Origin: an uncultured Gemmatimonadales bacterium
GTDB taxonomy: Bacteria > Gemmatimonadota > Gemmatimonadetes > Gemmatimonadales > GWC2-71-9
Direction of reading: 5' to 3'
Assembly (NCBI GenBank): GCA_963730185.1
Contig: CAVSQW010000015.1
Coordinates: forward strand, 672,001 to 736,000
DNA: 64,000 nucleotides
Every line of letters begins with the position of its first letter. Within the stretch, counting starts at the first letter, position 1. Under the pieces are notes generated by a model. The model was given only the letters and a program-made list of their open reading frames with translations, was not told where the DNA came from and ran no database searches. The translations under genes and the position numbers were made by a program. This document shows, piece after piece, positions 1 through 10,768 of this stretch.

Positions 1-741
1 CCGTCGTCGTGGGCGCTGGTCGTCGCCACCTCGATCCGGGCCACCGCACTCGCCCCCCTGGTCTGGCTCCAACAGAACGCCGAAGAGCAACGCACCAGCC
101 GGGCCCGGTTTCGGACCGTGGCGGCGGCCCGTGACTCGGTCGCCCTCTCGGCCCAATCGCTGCCGGCCCTCCGGGCCGAGAACGAGCAGCTCCGCCAGCT
201 CCTGGGTCTCAAGTCGCGGGTCAAGCTCCGGACCGTGCCCGCCGAGGTACTCCGGCAGCCGTCGGCCACGGACGGGCGGACCCTGACGCTGGGCGTGGGC
301 TCGAGCGAGGGCGTGGTCACCGGGAGCCCGGTGGTGTCGCCGGAAGGCCTGGTGGGTCTGGTCTTGAGCGCGGGCCCCCGCTCGTCGGTGGCGATGACCT
401 GGGCCCATCCCGACTTCCGGGTCAGCGCGATCACCGAGGATGGGAGCGTGCTGGGGATCGTGGCGCCCGCGCCGGCGCCCGACGCGAGCGAGGCGTTCCT
501 GGAGCTCCGGGGGGTGCCCTATCGTGACACGGTCGCGGTGGGAACCATGATCCTGACCTCGGGGCTCACCGGCGTCTACCCTCGGGGCATCCCGGTCGGC
601 CGGGTGGCCGGGATCCGGCGCGAGGAACTGGGCTGGGAGCGGATCTACCGGATTCGCCCCCTCGCCAACCCGGGCTTCGTCACCCACGTGCTGGTGTATC
701 CCGCGGGCCAGGACCGCCCGCTCGCCCCCCGGTCGCCATGA
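1..741 (+). CDS. mreC: Rod shape-determining protein MreC (5' partial)
   Basis: Frame open from base 1; LRAENEQLRQLL coiled coil, GLVG, TSGLTGVYPRGIPVG motifs; upstream of mreD and PBP2. Confidence 0.93.
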   Translation, partial: PSSWALVVATSIRATALAPLVWLQQNAEEQRTSRARFRTVAAARDSVALSAQSLPALRAENEQLRQLLGLKSRVKLRTVPAEVLRQPSATDGRTLTLGVGSSEGVVTGSPVVSPEGLVGLVLSAGPRSSVAMTWAHPDFRVSAITEDGSVLGIVAPAPAPDASEAFLELRGVPYRDTVAVGTMILTSGLTGVYPRGIPVGRVAGIRREELGWERIYRIRPLANPGFVTHVLVYPAGQDRPLAPRSP

Positions 742-1241
742 GCCCGATCTCGCGCCGTCGCCGCCGCTGGCGGGTGGGACTGGTCCTCGCCGGGTTGGTC
801 GCGGCGCACTTTTACATCCGGCCCCGTCTTTGGGACAGTCGGGCGGCGCCGGACTTCCTGCTCCTCGCCCTGCTGCTGTTCTCGATCCGGAGCCGGCCGG
901 GGGTGGCCGCGGTGGCCGGATTCCTGGTCGGGCTGGTCACGGACGTATTGACCCCGGCCCGGTTCGGCGCAGGGGCGCTGGCCCACACCATGGTCGGCTA
1001 CCTGGCGGCCTGGGGCCGAGCGGTGTTCTTTCCGGATAACCTGCTGGTGAACGCTGGACTGTTCGCGGCGGGGACCTGGCTCCGGACCCTGATCCTGCTG
1101 CTGGCCAGCGGGACCACCGCCGCCGAGCTGGCGAGCGTGCTCGCCATCTGGTCACCGATCCAGGCGATTCTCACGGCGTTGGCGGGTGTGCTCGTGGTGT
1201 TGATCTTCAGAGATTGGCTGGCGATTCGGTTGGACGAATGA
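738..1241 (+). CDS. mreD: Rod shape-determining protein MreD
   Basis: Hydrophobic 167 aa with PDFLL and GFLVGLVTD motifs; between mreC and mrdA with ATGA overlaps. Confidence 0.9.
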   Translation: MSPISRRRRRWRVGLVLAGLVAAHFYIRPRLWDSRAAPDFLLLALLLFSIRSRPGVAAVAGFLVGLVTDVLTPARFGAGALAHTMVGYLAAWGRAVFFPDNLLVNAGLFAAGTWLRTLILLLASGTTAAELASVLAIWSPIQAILTALAGVLVVLIFRDWLAIRLDE

Positions 1242-3088
1242 GCGTCGCCTTTACCCCCTTTCGAGTTCGGGAGCGGGCCACGGCCGCCGGCCTGGTGCTG
1301 GCGGCGGCCTTCCTCGTGCTGCTGGGCGCGTTCTTCCGGGCCCAGATCATCGGCCAGGAGGATTACCGGCGCCAGTCGGATCAGAACCGGCTCCGCCGGC
1401 TGACCCTCGAGGCGCCTCGGGGCCTGATCCTCGATCGGAACGGGGTGCCGATCGCGGAGAACGCGCCGGGATTCACCGTCAAGCTGCTGGCCAGCTCGCG
1501 CGACTCGCTCCGCGCCGTTCTCCAGCGGCTTCGCCGGTACGCACTGCTCGACGACGACGAGGCCGAGCAGATCGTGCGGCGGTTCCAGTCGGCGCCGTAC
1601 CAGCCCGCGCTGGTCCTATCGAGCGCCAGCATCGAGACGGTGGCCCGCCTCGAGGAGCATCGGTATCTCCTCCCCGGGCTGGTGGTCCGGACCGAGCCCC
1701 GCCGGCTCTACACCGCCGGTCGGGCCGTGTCCCACCTGGTGGGCTACGTGGCCGAGGTGTCGGAGAGCGACCTGGCCAAGGACCGGTATCCCGGCGCCCG
1801 GCCCGGCACGCTGGTCGGCAAGGACGGCCTGGAGGCGCAGTACGATTCCCTGGTCCGGGGCGTCCAGGGTGAGGCGTTCATCGAGGTCGACGCCCGGGGC
1901 CGGCTGGTGCGCGACGAAGGCGAGTCGCCCACTCTCGGCCCGGTGTCGGGTGAACCGATCAAGACCACCATCGACCTCGACCTGCAGGAATACGTCGACA
2001 GTCTCTGGAACGCCGAGCGTCCCAAGACCCGGGGCGCGCTGATCGCGATGGAACCCGACGGCGAGATCCTGTCGCTCTACTCGGCGCCGTCGTTCGATCC
2101 CAACGAGTTCATCGGCGGGATCTCGTCTCAGCGGTGGCGCTCGCTGATCACCGATTCGGCCAAGCCGCTCCTCAACCGGGCCATCAACGGGGCGTTTCCG
2201 CCGGGGTCGCCCTTCAAGCTGGCCACCGCGGTCATCGCGCTCCGGAAGGGGCTGGTCGACTTCGATACCAGGATGCCCGTGCCCTGCACCGGCGGGCTGC
2301 GTTTCGGCAATCGGATCTTCCACTGCTGGAAGCACGCCGGCCACGGCTCGCTCGACCTCACCAGTGCGATCGCGTCGAGCTGCGACGTGTACTTCTACCA
2401 ACTGGGGCTCAGGATCGGGCTCCCGACCCTGCTCGAAGAGGCGACCCGGCTCGGATTCAGCCAGCCGACCGGCATCGACCTCGGGGGCGAGCGGACCTCG
2501 GTGTTTCCCGCGTCGACGGCCTACTACGATCGCCGCTACGGCCCCCGCGGGTGGAGCCCGGCCGTGACCCTCAACCTGGCGATCGGGCAGGGCGAGGACG
2601 ATCAGACCCTAGTCAACATGGTCCGGTTCTACGCGGCGCTGGCGGGAGACGGCACCCTCCCCACACCCTACATCGTGGCGCCGGACCGGCCGGCCAAGCC
2701 GATCTCCCTCGGGCTCACGCCGGAACAGCTGGCGGGCTTGCGCCACGCGATGGTCGAGGTGGTGCAGCGGGGCACCGCGGCGGCCAGCGGCGGCAAGGAC
2801 ATCGACGTGGCCGGCAAGACGGGGTCCGCCCAGAACGCCCACGGTCCCGACCACGGCTGGTTCATCGCCTTCGCTCCAGCGGACCATCCCAAGGTCGTCG
2901 TCGGCAGCATCATGGAATTCGCCGTCCACGGCTCGTTCGTCGCGCCGTTCGTCGTGAAGGTGATCCGCCACTACCTCGAGCAGATCGATCCGTCGGTCAA
3001 GGACGCCCCGGTCCGGGTGATGATCCAGGAGGATTCGGCGACCACCGCGTCCGAGCTGCCAGCGGACTCCGTCGTCAGGCCGCGGTGA
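1238..3088 (+). CDS. mrdA: Penicillin-binding protein 2
   Basis: N-terminal TM, APRGLILDRNG, SxxK (PGSPFK), SCDVYFY, KTGS motifs; ATG 1238 overlaps mreD stop. Confidence 0.95.
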   Translation: MSVAFTPFRVRERATAAGLVLAAAFLVLLGAFFRAQIIGQEDYRRQSDQNRLRRLTLEAPRGLILDRNGVPIAENAPGFTVKLLASSRDSLRAVLQRLRRYALLDDDEAEQIVRRFQSAPYQPALVLSSASIETVARLEEHRYLLPGLVVRTEPRRLYTAGRAVSHLVGYVAEVSESDLAKDRYPGARPGTLVGKDGLEAQYDSLVRGVQGEAFIEVDARGRLVRDEGESPTLGPVSGEPIKTTIDLDLQEYVDSLWNAERPKTRGALIAMEPDGEILSLYSAPSFDPNEFIGGISSQRWRSLITDSAKPLLNRAINGAFPPGSPFKLATAVIALRKGLVDFDTRMPVPCTGGLRFGNRIFHCWKHAGHGSLDLTSAIASSCDVYFYQLGLRIGLPTLLEEATRLGFSQPTGIDLGGERTSVFPASTAYYDRRYGPRGWSPAVTLNLAIGQGEDDQTLVNMVRFYAALAGDGTLPTPYIVAPDRPAKPISLGLTPEQLAGLRHAMVEVVQRGTAAASGGKDIDVAGKTGSAQNAHGPDHGWFIAFAPADHPKVVVGSIMEFAVHGSFVAPFVVKVIRHYLEQIDPSVKDAPVRVMIQEDSATTASELPADSVVRPR

Positions 3089-4326
3089 GCCGGAACGGGC
3101 TGGACCGCCGCCTCCTGGTGGTGTTGGGGCTGCTCTGCGCCTATGGCCTGGCGATGGTCTACTCCTCGGGTCAGACCGACGTTCCCTCCTACGCTCAGAA
3201 CGCCTGGATGCGCCAGCTCGGATGGATGGGGCTGGCCATCGTGGCCGGCACCGTCTCGTTCCGGGTGTCGATGCGGATCCTCGAATGGGCCGCGCCGGGC
3301 CTCTACGTCGTCGCCCTCGGCCTCCTGGTCCTCACCCTGTTCATCGGGACCGGGGCGGGGACGGCGGCGAGCTCCAAGAGCTGGCTCGCGATCGGCGGGC
3401 ATCGACTCGGCCAACCGGTCGAGCTGGCGAAGCTCGCCACGATCCTGCTCCTGGCGCGATACCTCTCCGGGCTCCGCCAGCCGCCCGTCACGCTCCGCCA
3501 GCTGGTCAAGCCCGGCCTCATCATCGGGGCGCCCTTCCTCCTGGTGATGGCGCAACCCGATCTGGGCAGCGCGATCGTGTTTGCCGGGATCCTGTTCGCC
3601 ATGCTGTTCTGGACCGGAGTGCGGCCCTCGCTCCTGATCTTGCTGGCGTCGCCGGTGGTGAGCCTGCTCCTTGCGGTCGACACCCGCTGGTGGGGCGCCT
3701 GGATCCTGCTGCTCACCCTGCTGCTCCTCCTCTGGCGAACGTACGTCAGCGAAGGGGTCTTCATCTGGGTGGTGAACTCGGCCATGGGTGTCTTCGCCAT
3801 CGTGCTCTGGAACCGGCTCAAGCCGTATCAGCAGCAGCGGCTGATCTCGTTCCTGAATCCCGAGGCCGATCCGATCCACTCCGGCTACCAGGCGATCCAG
3901 TCGAAAGTGGCGATCGGATCGGGCGGCTGGTTCGGGAACGGCTGGCTGCAAGGGCCCCAGAAACGGCTGGCGTTTCTGCCCGAACAGCCGACCGACTTCA
4001 TTTTTTCCGTGGTCGGCGAGGAGCTGGGATTCGTCGGTGTGCTGGCGGCGCTGTTGCTGTTCTTCGCACTCTTTCTGACCCTGGTCCGGATCGCCCGGCG
4101 GGCCACCGACACCTTCAGCAGCCTGGTGGTGTTCGGCGTTCTCGGGTTGCTGTTCACCCACGTCTTCGAGAACGTGGGAATGACCATCAACCTGATGCCG
4201 ATCACCGGCATTCCGCTGCCGTTCTTCTCGTACGGGGGTTCCTTCGTGCTGTCCTGCGGAATCTCGATGGGGCTCTGCTTCCGGGTTGCCTGGGACTCGC
4301 GACTCGGCGGCTATGCTGATGTGTAG
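3085..4326 (+). CDS. rodA: Peptidoglycan glycosyltransferase RodA (SEDS family)
   Basis: QPVELAK, QPDLGSA, GYQAIQSKVAIGSGG, TDFIF, GIPLPFFSYGGS; GTG 3085 overlaps mrdA stop. Confidence 0.95.
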   Translation: MSRNGLDRRLLVVLGLLCAYGLAMVYSSGQTDVPSYAQNAWMRQLGWMGLAIVAGTVSFRVSMRILEWAAPGLYVVALGLLVLTLFIGTGAGTAASSKSWLAIGGHRLGQPVELAKLATILLLARYLSGLRQPPVTLRQLVKPGLIIGAPFLLVMAQPDLGSAIVFAGILFAMLFWTGVRPSLLILLASPVVSLLLAVDTRWWGAWILLLTLLLLLWRTYVSEGVFIWVVNSAMGVFAIVLWNRLKPYQQQRLISFLNPEADPIHSGYQAIQSKVAIGSGGWFGNGWLQGPQKRLAFLPEQPTDFIFSVVGEELGFVGVLAALLLFFALFLTLVRIARRATDTFSSLVVFGVLGLLFTHVFENVGMTINLMPITGIPLPFFSYGGSFVLSCGISMGLCFRVAWDSRLGGYADV

Positions 4327-4425
4327 CAACGGTTTGCCTGTCAAGGGCTGGCGCGGCGTGACTGGAACCGCCAGATTCCACGTCCCTGTAGCGATCGCGC
4401 ATCAAGGGGTCTTCGCCATGAGCCC

Positions 4426-5304
4426 ATGGCCGTGATGGCTTGGTTCAAGAAGGAAAGAAAGCCTCGCGCTTCCCAGCGGGCTCGGCTCGAGATCCCTCGA
4501 GACGCTTGGGACAAGTGCGAAGCGTGTGACCACGTCGATATCCGCGAGAAGTTCGAGCGGAACCTCAACGTCTGTCCGAACTGTGGCCACCATCGTCGCT
4601 TCTCGGCGGAGGAATACGTCGAGCTCCTCAGCGACGGGGGGAGCTGGCGCGAGCTGTATGCGTCGCTCCGGCCGCTCGATCCGCTCGGCTTCGAGCAGTA
4701 TCCCGACCGAACCCGCGCCTCGCAACAGAAGACCGGCCAGCTCGACGCGATCTTTACCGGGGTGGGGAAGCTCGAGGGCATTCCGCTCCACCTCGGGGTG
4801 ATGAACTTCGCCTACATGGGCGGGTCGATGGGGTCGGTGGTGGGCGAGAAGATCGCTCGGCTCGCGCGCCGGGCCGCCGGCAAGAAATCGTCGATGGCGC
4901 TGGTCTGTACCTCGGGCGGAGCGCGGATGCAGGAGGGCGTGCTCTCGCTGATGCAGATGGCCAAGACCTCCGCCGCGATCGCCGAGCTCAAGCGCGCCTC
5001 CCTCCCGTTCCTCACCATCCTGACCAATCCCACCACCGGCGGCGTCTCCGCGAGCTTCGCGATGCAGGGCGACGTGATCCTGGCCGAGCCGGGCGCGGTG
5101 ATCGGCTTTGCCGGGCAGCGGGTGATCAAGCAGACCATCGGGCAGGACCTGCCCGAGGGCTTCCAGACGGCCGAGTTCCTGTTGGAGCACGGGCAGGTCG
5201 ACGACGTGGTGCCCCGGAGCTCGCTGCGCGAGACCACCGCGCGGCTCCTTCGCCACATGCTCGGGCACCGGGTCGCGGAGTCGAGCGAGGCGGCCCCGTC
5301 CTAG
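4426..5304 (+). CDS. accD: Acetyl-CoA carboxylase carboxyltransferase beta subunit
   Basis: C4 zinc ribbon (CEAC/CPNC), MGGSMGSVVGEK, SGGARMQEG, PTTGGVSASFA; start may be 4435. Confidence 0.95.
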   Translation: MAVMAWFKKERKPRASQRARLEIPRDAWDKCEACDHVDIREKFERNLNVCPNCGHHRRFSAEEYVELLSDGGSWRELYASLRPLDPLGFEQYPDRTRASQQKTGQLDAIFTGVGKLEGIPLHLGVMNFAYMGGSMGSVVGEKIARLARRAAGKKSSMALVCTSGGARMQEGVLSLMQMAKTSAAIAELKRASLPFLTILTNPTTGGVSASFAMQGDVILAEPGAVIGFAGQRVIKQTIGQDLPEGFQTAEFLLEHGQVDDVVPRSSLRETTARLLRHMLGHRVAESSEAAPS

Positions 5305-5306
5305 CG

Positions 5307-6548
5307 GTGCCCCTCTCCTACCAGCAGTCGCTCGCCTTTCTCTTTCCTCGCACCACCACCATCAAGTTCGGTCTCGAGCGGACCGAGCAACTCCTGGCGT
5401 CGCTCGGTGATCCTCACCGGGTGGTCCCGGCGGTGCACGTGGGCGGAACCAATGGAAAGGGCAGCGTCGTGGCCCTCGCTGCCGCGGCCCTGGCGGAGGC
5501 CGGGTGGAAGGTGGGGGTGTACACCTCGCCCCACCTGGTGGACTTCCGGGAGCGGGTGACGGTCGACGGCGTCCCGATCTCGCCCGACGCGGTGGCCATG
5601 TGGACCAACCGGCTCCGGCCCCTGATCGACGAGCTCGGGGCCACCTTCTTCGAGGTCACGTCCGCCATCGCGTTCGCGGACCTGGCCGCCCGGGGCGCCG
5701 AGATCGCGGTGGTCGAGGTGGGGCTCGGCGGCCGGCTCGACAGCACCAACGTCCTCCGCCCGCTGGTGAGCGCGGTTACCAAGATCGAGATGGACCACCA
5801 GAGATATCTGGGCGACACCTTGGAGGCGATTGCCCGGGAAAAGGCGTGGATCGCCAAGCCGGAGGCGCCATTCGTGGTCGGGGAGACCCGGCCGGAGCTG
5901 ATCTCGGTGCTCCGGGAGGAGGCGCGCCGGTCGGTCCGGGCGGTCGCCCCGGCCGGGCAGCTCGACTTTCGGGTCATGCCCGCCGAGGTGAGGTGGGAGG
6001 GGGAGCTCGGGCTGCTCGGTGCCCACCAACGCCGAAACGCGGCGGTCGCGCACGGCGTGCTCGCGGCCTTGCCCGAACGGTGGCGGCCGGATCGAGACGC
6101 GATCGCGCGGGGCTTCGCCCGCGCGCGGGTCCCGGGCCGCCTCGACTGGCGGGGGCGCTGGCTCTTCGACGTGGCGCACAATCCGGACGGCATGCGGTCC
6201 CTGGTTCGGGCTCTCGACCAGCTCCGTCCCCCGCGTCCGATCCACGCGGTGGTCTCCATCTTGGGCGAGAAGGCCTGGCCCGAGATGCTGGTGGAGCTCG
6301 ACCGGGCGATCGACGTGGGGGTCCTGACCATCGCACCGACCGCCGACACCCGCCGGTGGGACCTGGGCTGGCTCCGGCGCTGGCTCAAGAACCCTCGCCG
6401 GCCCCCGGCCCGGGCCGAGTGGCACCTGGTGCCCCGGTTTCCAAAGGCCCTCGAGCTCGCCGCGCGGGGGGCCGGGACCATCCTGGTGACGGGCTCGTTC
6501 CATACCGTGGGCGACGTGATGGCCGCGGTGGGCCTGGCGCCGTTCTGA
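5307..6548 (+). CDS. folC: Folylpolyglutamate synthase / dihydrofolate synthase
   Basis: HVGGTNGKGS P-loop, YTSPHL, EVGLGGRLDSTN, DVAHNPDG; follows accD. Confidence 0.95.
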   Translation: MPLSYQQSLAFLFPRTTTIKFGLERTEQLLASLGDPHRVVPAVHVGGTNGKGSVVALAAAALAEAGWKVGVYTSPHLVDFRERVTVDGVPISPDAVAMWTNRLRPLIDELGATFFEVTSAIAFADLAARGAEIAVVEVGLGGRLDSTNVLRPLVSAVTKIEMDHQRYLGDTLEAIAREKAWIAKPEAPFVVGETRPELISVLREEARRSVRAVAPAGQLDFRVMPAEVRWEGELGLLGAHQRRNAAVAHGVLAALPERWRPDRDAIARGFARARVPGRLDWRGRWLFDVAHNPDGMRSLVRALDQLRPPRPIHAVVSILGEKAWPEMLVELDRAIDVGVLTIAPTADTRRWDLGWLRRWLKNPRRPPARAEWHLVPRFPKALELAARGAGTILVTGSFHTVGDVMAAVGLAPF

Positions 6549-6601
6549 CTTTCCCGGCTGCCGGGGTTCGAGCCCCGGGCCGCCCTCTTATATTTCCCGC
6601 C

Positions 6602-7924
6602 ATGTCGATCCAGGGCTTGCCCGGTTTCCGAGATTTCTACCCCGAGGTGCTCGCCGAGCGCTCTCATGTGTTCGGCGCCATGCGTCGGGTGGCCACTCGA
6701 TACGGGTTCGAGGAGTGGGACGGTCCGCCGCTCGAGGCGTTGGAGCTCTATACCCAGAAGAGCGGGGACGAGATCGTCGGGCAGCTCTACCACTTTACCG
6801 ACAAGGGCGGGCGGGAGGTGGCGCTCCGCCCGGAGATGACCCCGTCGTTGGCCCGGATGGTGGCGCCGAGGGCCAACGGCCTCAAGAAGCCGATCCGCTG
6901 GTTCACGATCCCCCAGCTCTTCCGCTACGAGCGCCAGCAGCGGGGCCGGCTTCGAGAGCATTTCCAGCTCAACTGCGACCTGATCGGGGAGCTGGGTCCC
7001 GCGGGCGACGCCGAGATCATCGCCCTCGCGATCGACGTGATGCGCGAGCTGGGACTCGGAGCGACCGACGTCCGAGTCAGGGTGAGCGACCGCCGGCTCC
7101 TGACCGTGCTGCTCCGGGAGGCCGGGATCGGCGACCCGCAGATGGAGGCGGCTTATCACGCCCTCGACAAGCTGGGCCGGGGGGAGTACGAGACCCGGCG
7201 CCGCGGTCTGATCGCCGCCGGCGTGAGCGAGGACGCGATCGGACGGCTGGAGGGGCTCCCCGGGATCCGGACCTGGGCCGATCTCGAGCTGGCCTACCCG
7301 GACGCCGCCCAGGCGGGTGAGCCGCTCCGGACCACGTTCGACGCGCTCGAATCGATGGGCCTGGGCGATTTCCTGGACCTCGATCTGACCATCGTCAGAG
7401 GCCTGGCTTACTACACCGGCACCGTCTTCGAGCTGTTCGACGCCGGTCGGACCTTGCGGGCGATCTGCGGCGGCGGGCGCTATGACCACCTCCTCCACCA
7501 GCTGGGCGGCGTGGACCTCCCCGCGCTGGGCTTCGGAATGGGTGACGTGGTACTGACCGAGCTGCTCCGCGAGCGCGGCCTCCTTCCCGGACTGGGCGCC
7601 ACGGCCGACCTGTTCGTCGCCTTCGTGACGCCCGACGACCGGGCGCCGGGCCTGGGCCTGGTCCACCGGCTCAGGGACGCCGGCTTTCGGGTCGAGTATC
7701 CGCTCGGCGAGCAGGCCCTGGCTAAGCAGCTCCGCCTGGCGACGGCCCGCGGCGCGCGGCTGGCGCTGGTCCTCGGCCCGGACGATCGGCGCCGGGGTGA
7801 GGTGATGGTCAAGGATCTGATGCGAAGCACCCAGCAGGCGGTGCCGCTCGCCGACGTGGAGACCCTGCTCGCGGCGCGGCTCGCCGACGACGGGTCGGCG
7901 CCGGCCGACGCCCCGTCTCGCTGA
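6602..7924 (+). CDS. hisS: Histidine--tRNA ligase
   Basis: [36 protein letters not shown] motifs. Confidence 0.96.
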   Translation: MSIQGLPGFRDFYPEVLAERSHVFGAMRRVATRYGFEEWDGPPLEALELYTQKSGDEIVGQLYHFTDKGGREVALRPEMTPSLARMVAPRANGLKKPIRWFTIPQLFRYERQQRGRLREHFQLNCDLIGELGPAGDAEIIALAIDVMRELGLGATDVRVRVSDRRLLTVLLREAGIGDPQMEAAYHALDKLGRGEYETRRRGLIAAGVSEDAIGRLEGLPGIRTWADLELAYPDAAQAGEPLRTTFDALESMGLGDFLDLDLTIVRGLAYYTGTVFELFDAGRTLRAICGGGRYDHLLHQLGGVDLPALGFGMGDVVLTELLRERGLLPGLGATADLFVAFVTPDDRAPGLGLVHRLRDAGFRVEYPLGEQALAKQLRLATARGARLALVLGPDDRRRGEVMVKDLMRSTQQAVPLADVETLLAARLADDGSAPADAPSR

Positions 7925-7931
7925 CACACAC

Positions 7932-7968
7932 GTCGGATTCGCGCCGGAGGGTCGGTGGCGAATCCGAC
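7932..7968. repeat. Intergenic hairpin, 11-bp perfect inverted repeat
   Basis: GTCGGATTCGC (7932-7942) / GCGAATCCGAC (7958-7968) between hisS and proS; no U-tract. Confidence 0.6.
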
Positions 7969-8000
7969 CCGGGCACGAACCTTTTCCCCGCGCGGTACCG

Positions 8001-9452
8001 ATGAGTGAATCCAAAGGTCTGACCTCCCGAGCCCAGGACTTCAGCGCCTGGTACAACGAGCTGGTGCTCCGAGCCGAGCTGGCGGACTACAGCCCGGTCC
8101 GGGGCTGCATGGTGATCCGGCCCAACGGCTACGCGATCTGGGAGGAGATGCAGGCGGCCCTGGACCGGATGTTCAAGGAAACCGGGCATCAGAACGCCTA
8201 CTTCCCCCTGCTCATCCCCCAGAGCTTTCTGGCCAAGGAGGCCGAGCACGTCGAGGGCTTCGCCCCCGAGACCGCGGTGGTCACCCACGGCGGCGGCAAG
8301 GAGTTGGAGGAGCCGCTGGTGATTCGGCCCACCTCCGAGACCATCATCGGCGCGATGTTCGCCAAGTGGATCCAGAGCTATCGCGACCTCCCGGTGCTGC
8401 TCAACCAGTGGGCCAACGTGGTCCGCTGGGAGCTTCGGACCCGGCTCTTCCTGAGGACCACCGAGTTCCTCTGGCAGGAAGGCCACACGGCCCATGCCAC
8501 CGAGGCAGAGGCGGAGGAAGAGACGCTTCGGATGCTGGGCGTCTATCGCCGGTTCATGGAGGACTACATCGCGCTCCCGGTGGTGACCGGCCGGAAGACG
8601 GAGAGCGAGAAGTTCGCCGGGGCCCTCCGGACCTTCGCCTGCGAGGCCCTGATGCAGGACAACAAGGCCCTGCAGATGGGGACCAGCCACAGTCTGGGGC
8701 AGAACTTCGCCCGGGCCTTCGACATCACCTTTCAGACCGCCGAGGGCGACCTCGACTACGTCTGGAGCACGTCGTGGGGCTCGTCGACCCGGATGGTGGG
8801 CGGTCTGATCATGGCTCACGGCGACGACGCCGGGCTGGTCTGTCCGCCCCGGCTGGCGCAGTTCCAGGTGGTGATCGTTCCGATCTATCGGGCCGACGCG
8901 GAGCGGGCCCAGGTGGTCGAGGCGGCCCACCGGTTGGCGGCCGAGCTCCGGAGCGGCGGCGTCCGGGTGCACGTGGACGATCGCGACGGGCTCAAGCCCG
9001 GGGCGAAGTACTACGAGTGGGAGGTTCGCGGCGTCCCTTTCCGGCTCGAGCTCGGGCCCCGTGACCTGGCCAAGGAGAGCGTGATGCTCAAGCGCCGGAC
9101 CGGCGGCGACAAGACCTCGCTACCGATGGCGGAGCTGGCGCCGGCCATCCGACGGGAGATGGACACGATGCAGCGAGCTCTGCTGGAACAGGCCCGGGAG
9201 CGGCGGGACCAGAACAGCTTGCGGGGGCCGAAGAGCAAGCAGGAGTTCATCGACTACCTCGAAGGGGGCGGCGGGTTCGTGTACGCCGGCTGGAACGGCG
9301 ATCCCGCCGTGGAGACCGAGATCAAGAACCTGACCAAGGCGACGATCCGGGTCATTCCCGATCCGGAGTTCCGCTCGGAGGCGGCGCCCGAGCGCTGCAT
9401 CTGGACGGGCGAGCCGGCGCGACACGAGGTCGTGTGGGCTCGGGCGTATTGA
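8001..9452 (+). CDS. proS: Proline--tRNA ligase, archaeal/eukaryotic-type (no INS editing domain)
   Basis: [31 protein letters not shown]-terminal WARAY; 483 aa. Confidence 0.96.
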   Translation: MSESKGLTSRAQDFSAWYNELVLRAELADYSPVRGCMVIRPNGYAIWEEMQAALDRMFKETGHQNAYFPLLIPQSFLAKEAEHVEGFAPETAVVTHGGGKELEEPLVIRPTSETIIGAMFAKWIQSYRDLPVLLNQWANVVRWELRTRLFLRTTEFLWQEGHTAHATEAEAEEETLRMLGVYRRFMEDYIALPVVTGRKTESEKFAGALRTFACEALMQDNKALQMGTSHSLGQNFARAFDITFQTAEGDLDYVWSTSWGSSTRMVGGLIMAHGDDAGLVCPPRLAQFQVVIVPIYRADAERAQVVEAAHRLAAELRSGGVRVHVDDRDGLKPGAKYYEWEVRGVPFRLELGPRDLAKESVMLKRRTGGDKTSLPMAELAPAIRREMDTMQRALLEQARERRDQNSLRGPKSKQEFIDYLEGGGGFVYAGWNGDPAVETEIKNLTKATIRVIPDPEFRSEAAPERCIWTGEPARHEVVWARAY

Positions 9453-10762
9453 CCGTCTCGCGGCTCTGGGACGACCCGCTCGAGCTGTTCGCCGACGCGG
9501 GGCTCGAGCGGGACGGGAGCGGCTTGCTCCGGTTGGGCGGGGTGTCGCTCGAAGCCGTCGCGGCCGACGTCGGCACCCCGGTCTACGTCTATCACGCCGC
9601 GCCGATCCGGGCTCGCTACGCCGAGCTGACGGAGGCGTTCGGGGCGCTGGAACCGCGGCTCCATTACGCGGTCAAGGCCAACAGCAGTCTGGCCATCCTG
9701 CGGTTGCTCGGGGGGCTCGGGTCCGGGGCCGACATCGTGTCCGGCGGCGAGCTCCAGCGGGCGCTCCGGGCCGGCATCCCGCCCGAGCGGATCGTGTTCA
9801 GCGGCGTCGGGAAGACCGAGGCGGAGCTCGACGGGGCCTGCCGGGCGGGGGTCGGGAGCATCAATCTCGAATCCGGCGACGAGCTCACGGCCCTGGAACG
9901 GGTGGTGGCCCGCCGGAACGCCCCGGGCGCGGTCGGGGTCGGCATCCGGGTCAATCCCGACCTCCGGGCCGACACCCATCAGTACATCACCACCGGCGGC
10001 GAGGGGATCAAGTTCGGGGTCGATCCCACCCAGGCCAAGGACATGGCCCGCCGAATCACCGCCAACCCGCGGCTCCGGCTCACCAGCCTGGCCATGCACC
10101 TGGGGAGCCAGATCCTCGACCCCGCGGTGTTCGCGGAGGGGGCCCGCCGGCTCCGGGAGCTGGCGGAGGAACTGGTAACCCGGGGCGCCGCCGGGCTCGG
10201 GACGCTCGACCTCGGCGGCGGGTTCGGGATCCGGTACGATCGGGAGACGCCTCCGACCCCGGCCCAGCTCGCGGCGGCGCTCGGGCCGGTGCTGGCCGAC
10301 CGACGATTCGCGGTGCACCTCGAGCCCGGCCGATTCCTGGTGGGGAGCGCCGGCGTGCTGCTGGCCCGGGTGCTCTATCGGAAGCGCTCGGGGTCCAAGA
10401 CATTCGTGGTGGTCGACGCCGCCATGAACGATCTCCTCCGACCCAGCCACTACGAGGCCCATCACGCGGTGGTGGAGGTGCGGGCCCGGGGCCGGGAGGC
10501 CCGGCCGGTCGACGTGGTTGGCCCGGTCTGCGAGACCGGCGATTTCCTGGCCCTGGACCGGTCACTGCCCGAGGTCGTGTCCGGCGAGCTGATCGCCATT
10601 CTCTGCGTCGGCGCCTACGGTTTCGTCATGGCGTCCAATTACAACAGTCGCCCGCGGCCGCCGGAGATCCTGGTCGATCGCGGGCGTTTCGCTCTCTGCC
10701 GCCCCCGCGAGACGGTCGACGACCTCCTCGCGGGCGAGCGGCTCGACCCCTTCGCCACCTGA
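9434..10762 (+). CDS. lysA: Diaminopimelate decarboxylase
   Basis: YAVKAN PLP lysine, [36 protein letters not shown]; start uncertain (9434 or 9449). Confidence 0.94.
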   Translation: MGSGVLTVSRLWDDPLELFADAGLERDGSGLLRLGGVSLEAVAADVGTPVYVYHAAPIRARYAELTEAFGALEPRLHYAVKANSSLAILRLLGGLGSGADIVSGGELQRALRAGIPPERIVFSGVGKTEAELDGACRAGVGSINLESGDELTALERVVARRNAPGAVGVGIRVNPDLRADTHQYITTGGEGIKFGVDPTQAKDMARRITANPRLRLTSLAMHLGSQILDPAVFAEGARRLRELAEELVTRGAAGLGTLDLGGGFGIRYDRETPPTPAQLAAALGPVLADRRFAVHLEPGRFLVGSAGVLLARVLYRKRSGSKTFVVVDAAMNDLLRPSHYEAHHAVVEVRARGREARPVDVVGPVCETGDFLALDRSLPEVVSGELIAILCVGAYGFVMASNYNSRPRPPEILVDRGRFALCRPRETVDDLLAGERLDPFAT

Positions 10763-10768
10763 GGGACC

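Noticed and set aside
2134..3084. N-terminal extensions of rodA (730-aa ORF); similar cases for hisS, larB, purB, rlmN and recQ
   Set aside because: Off-frame read of the neighbouring gene; family motifs start at the downstream start codons
6561..6578. CCGGGG-TTCGAG-CCCCGG resembling a tRNA T-arm
   Set aside because: 6-nt loop and no acceptor, D or anticodon arms; simple hairpin overlapping the hisS promoter
5414..8056. 880-aa antisense ORF and many other long overlapping ORFs (for example 19689-22421, 50969-53131, 56381-58465)
   Set aside because: Shadow frames of real genes in stop-poor high-GC DNA; Arg/Gly/Pro-rich with no recognisable motifs
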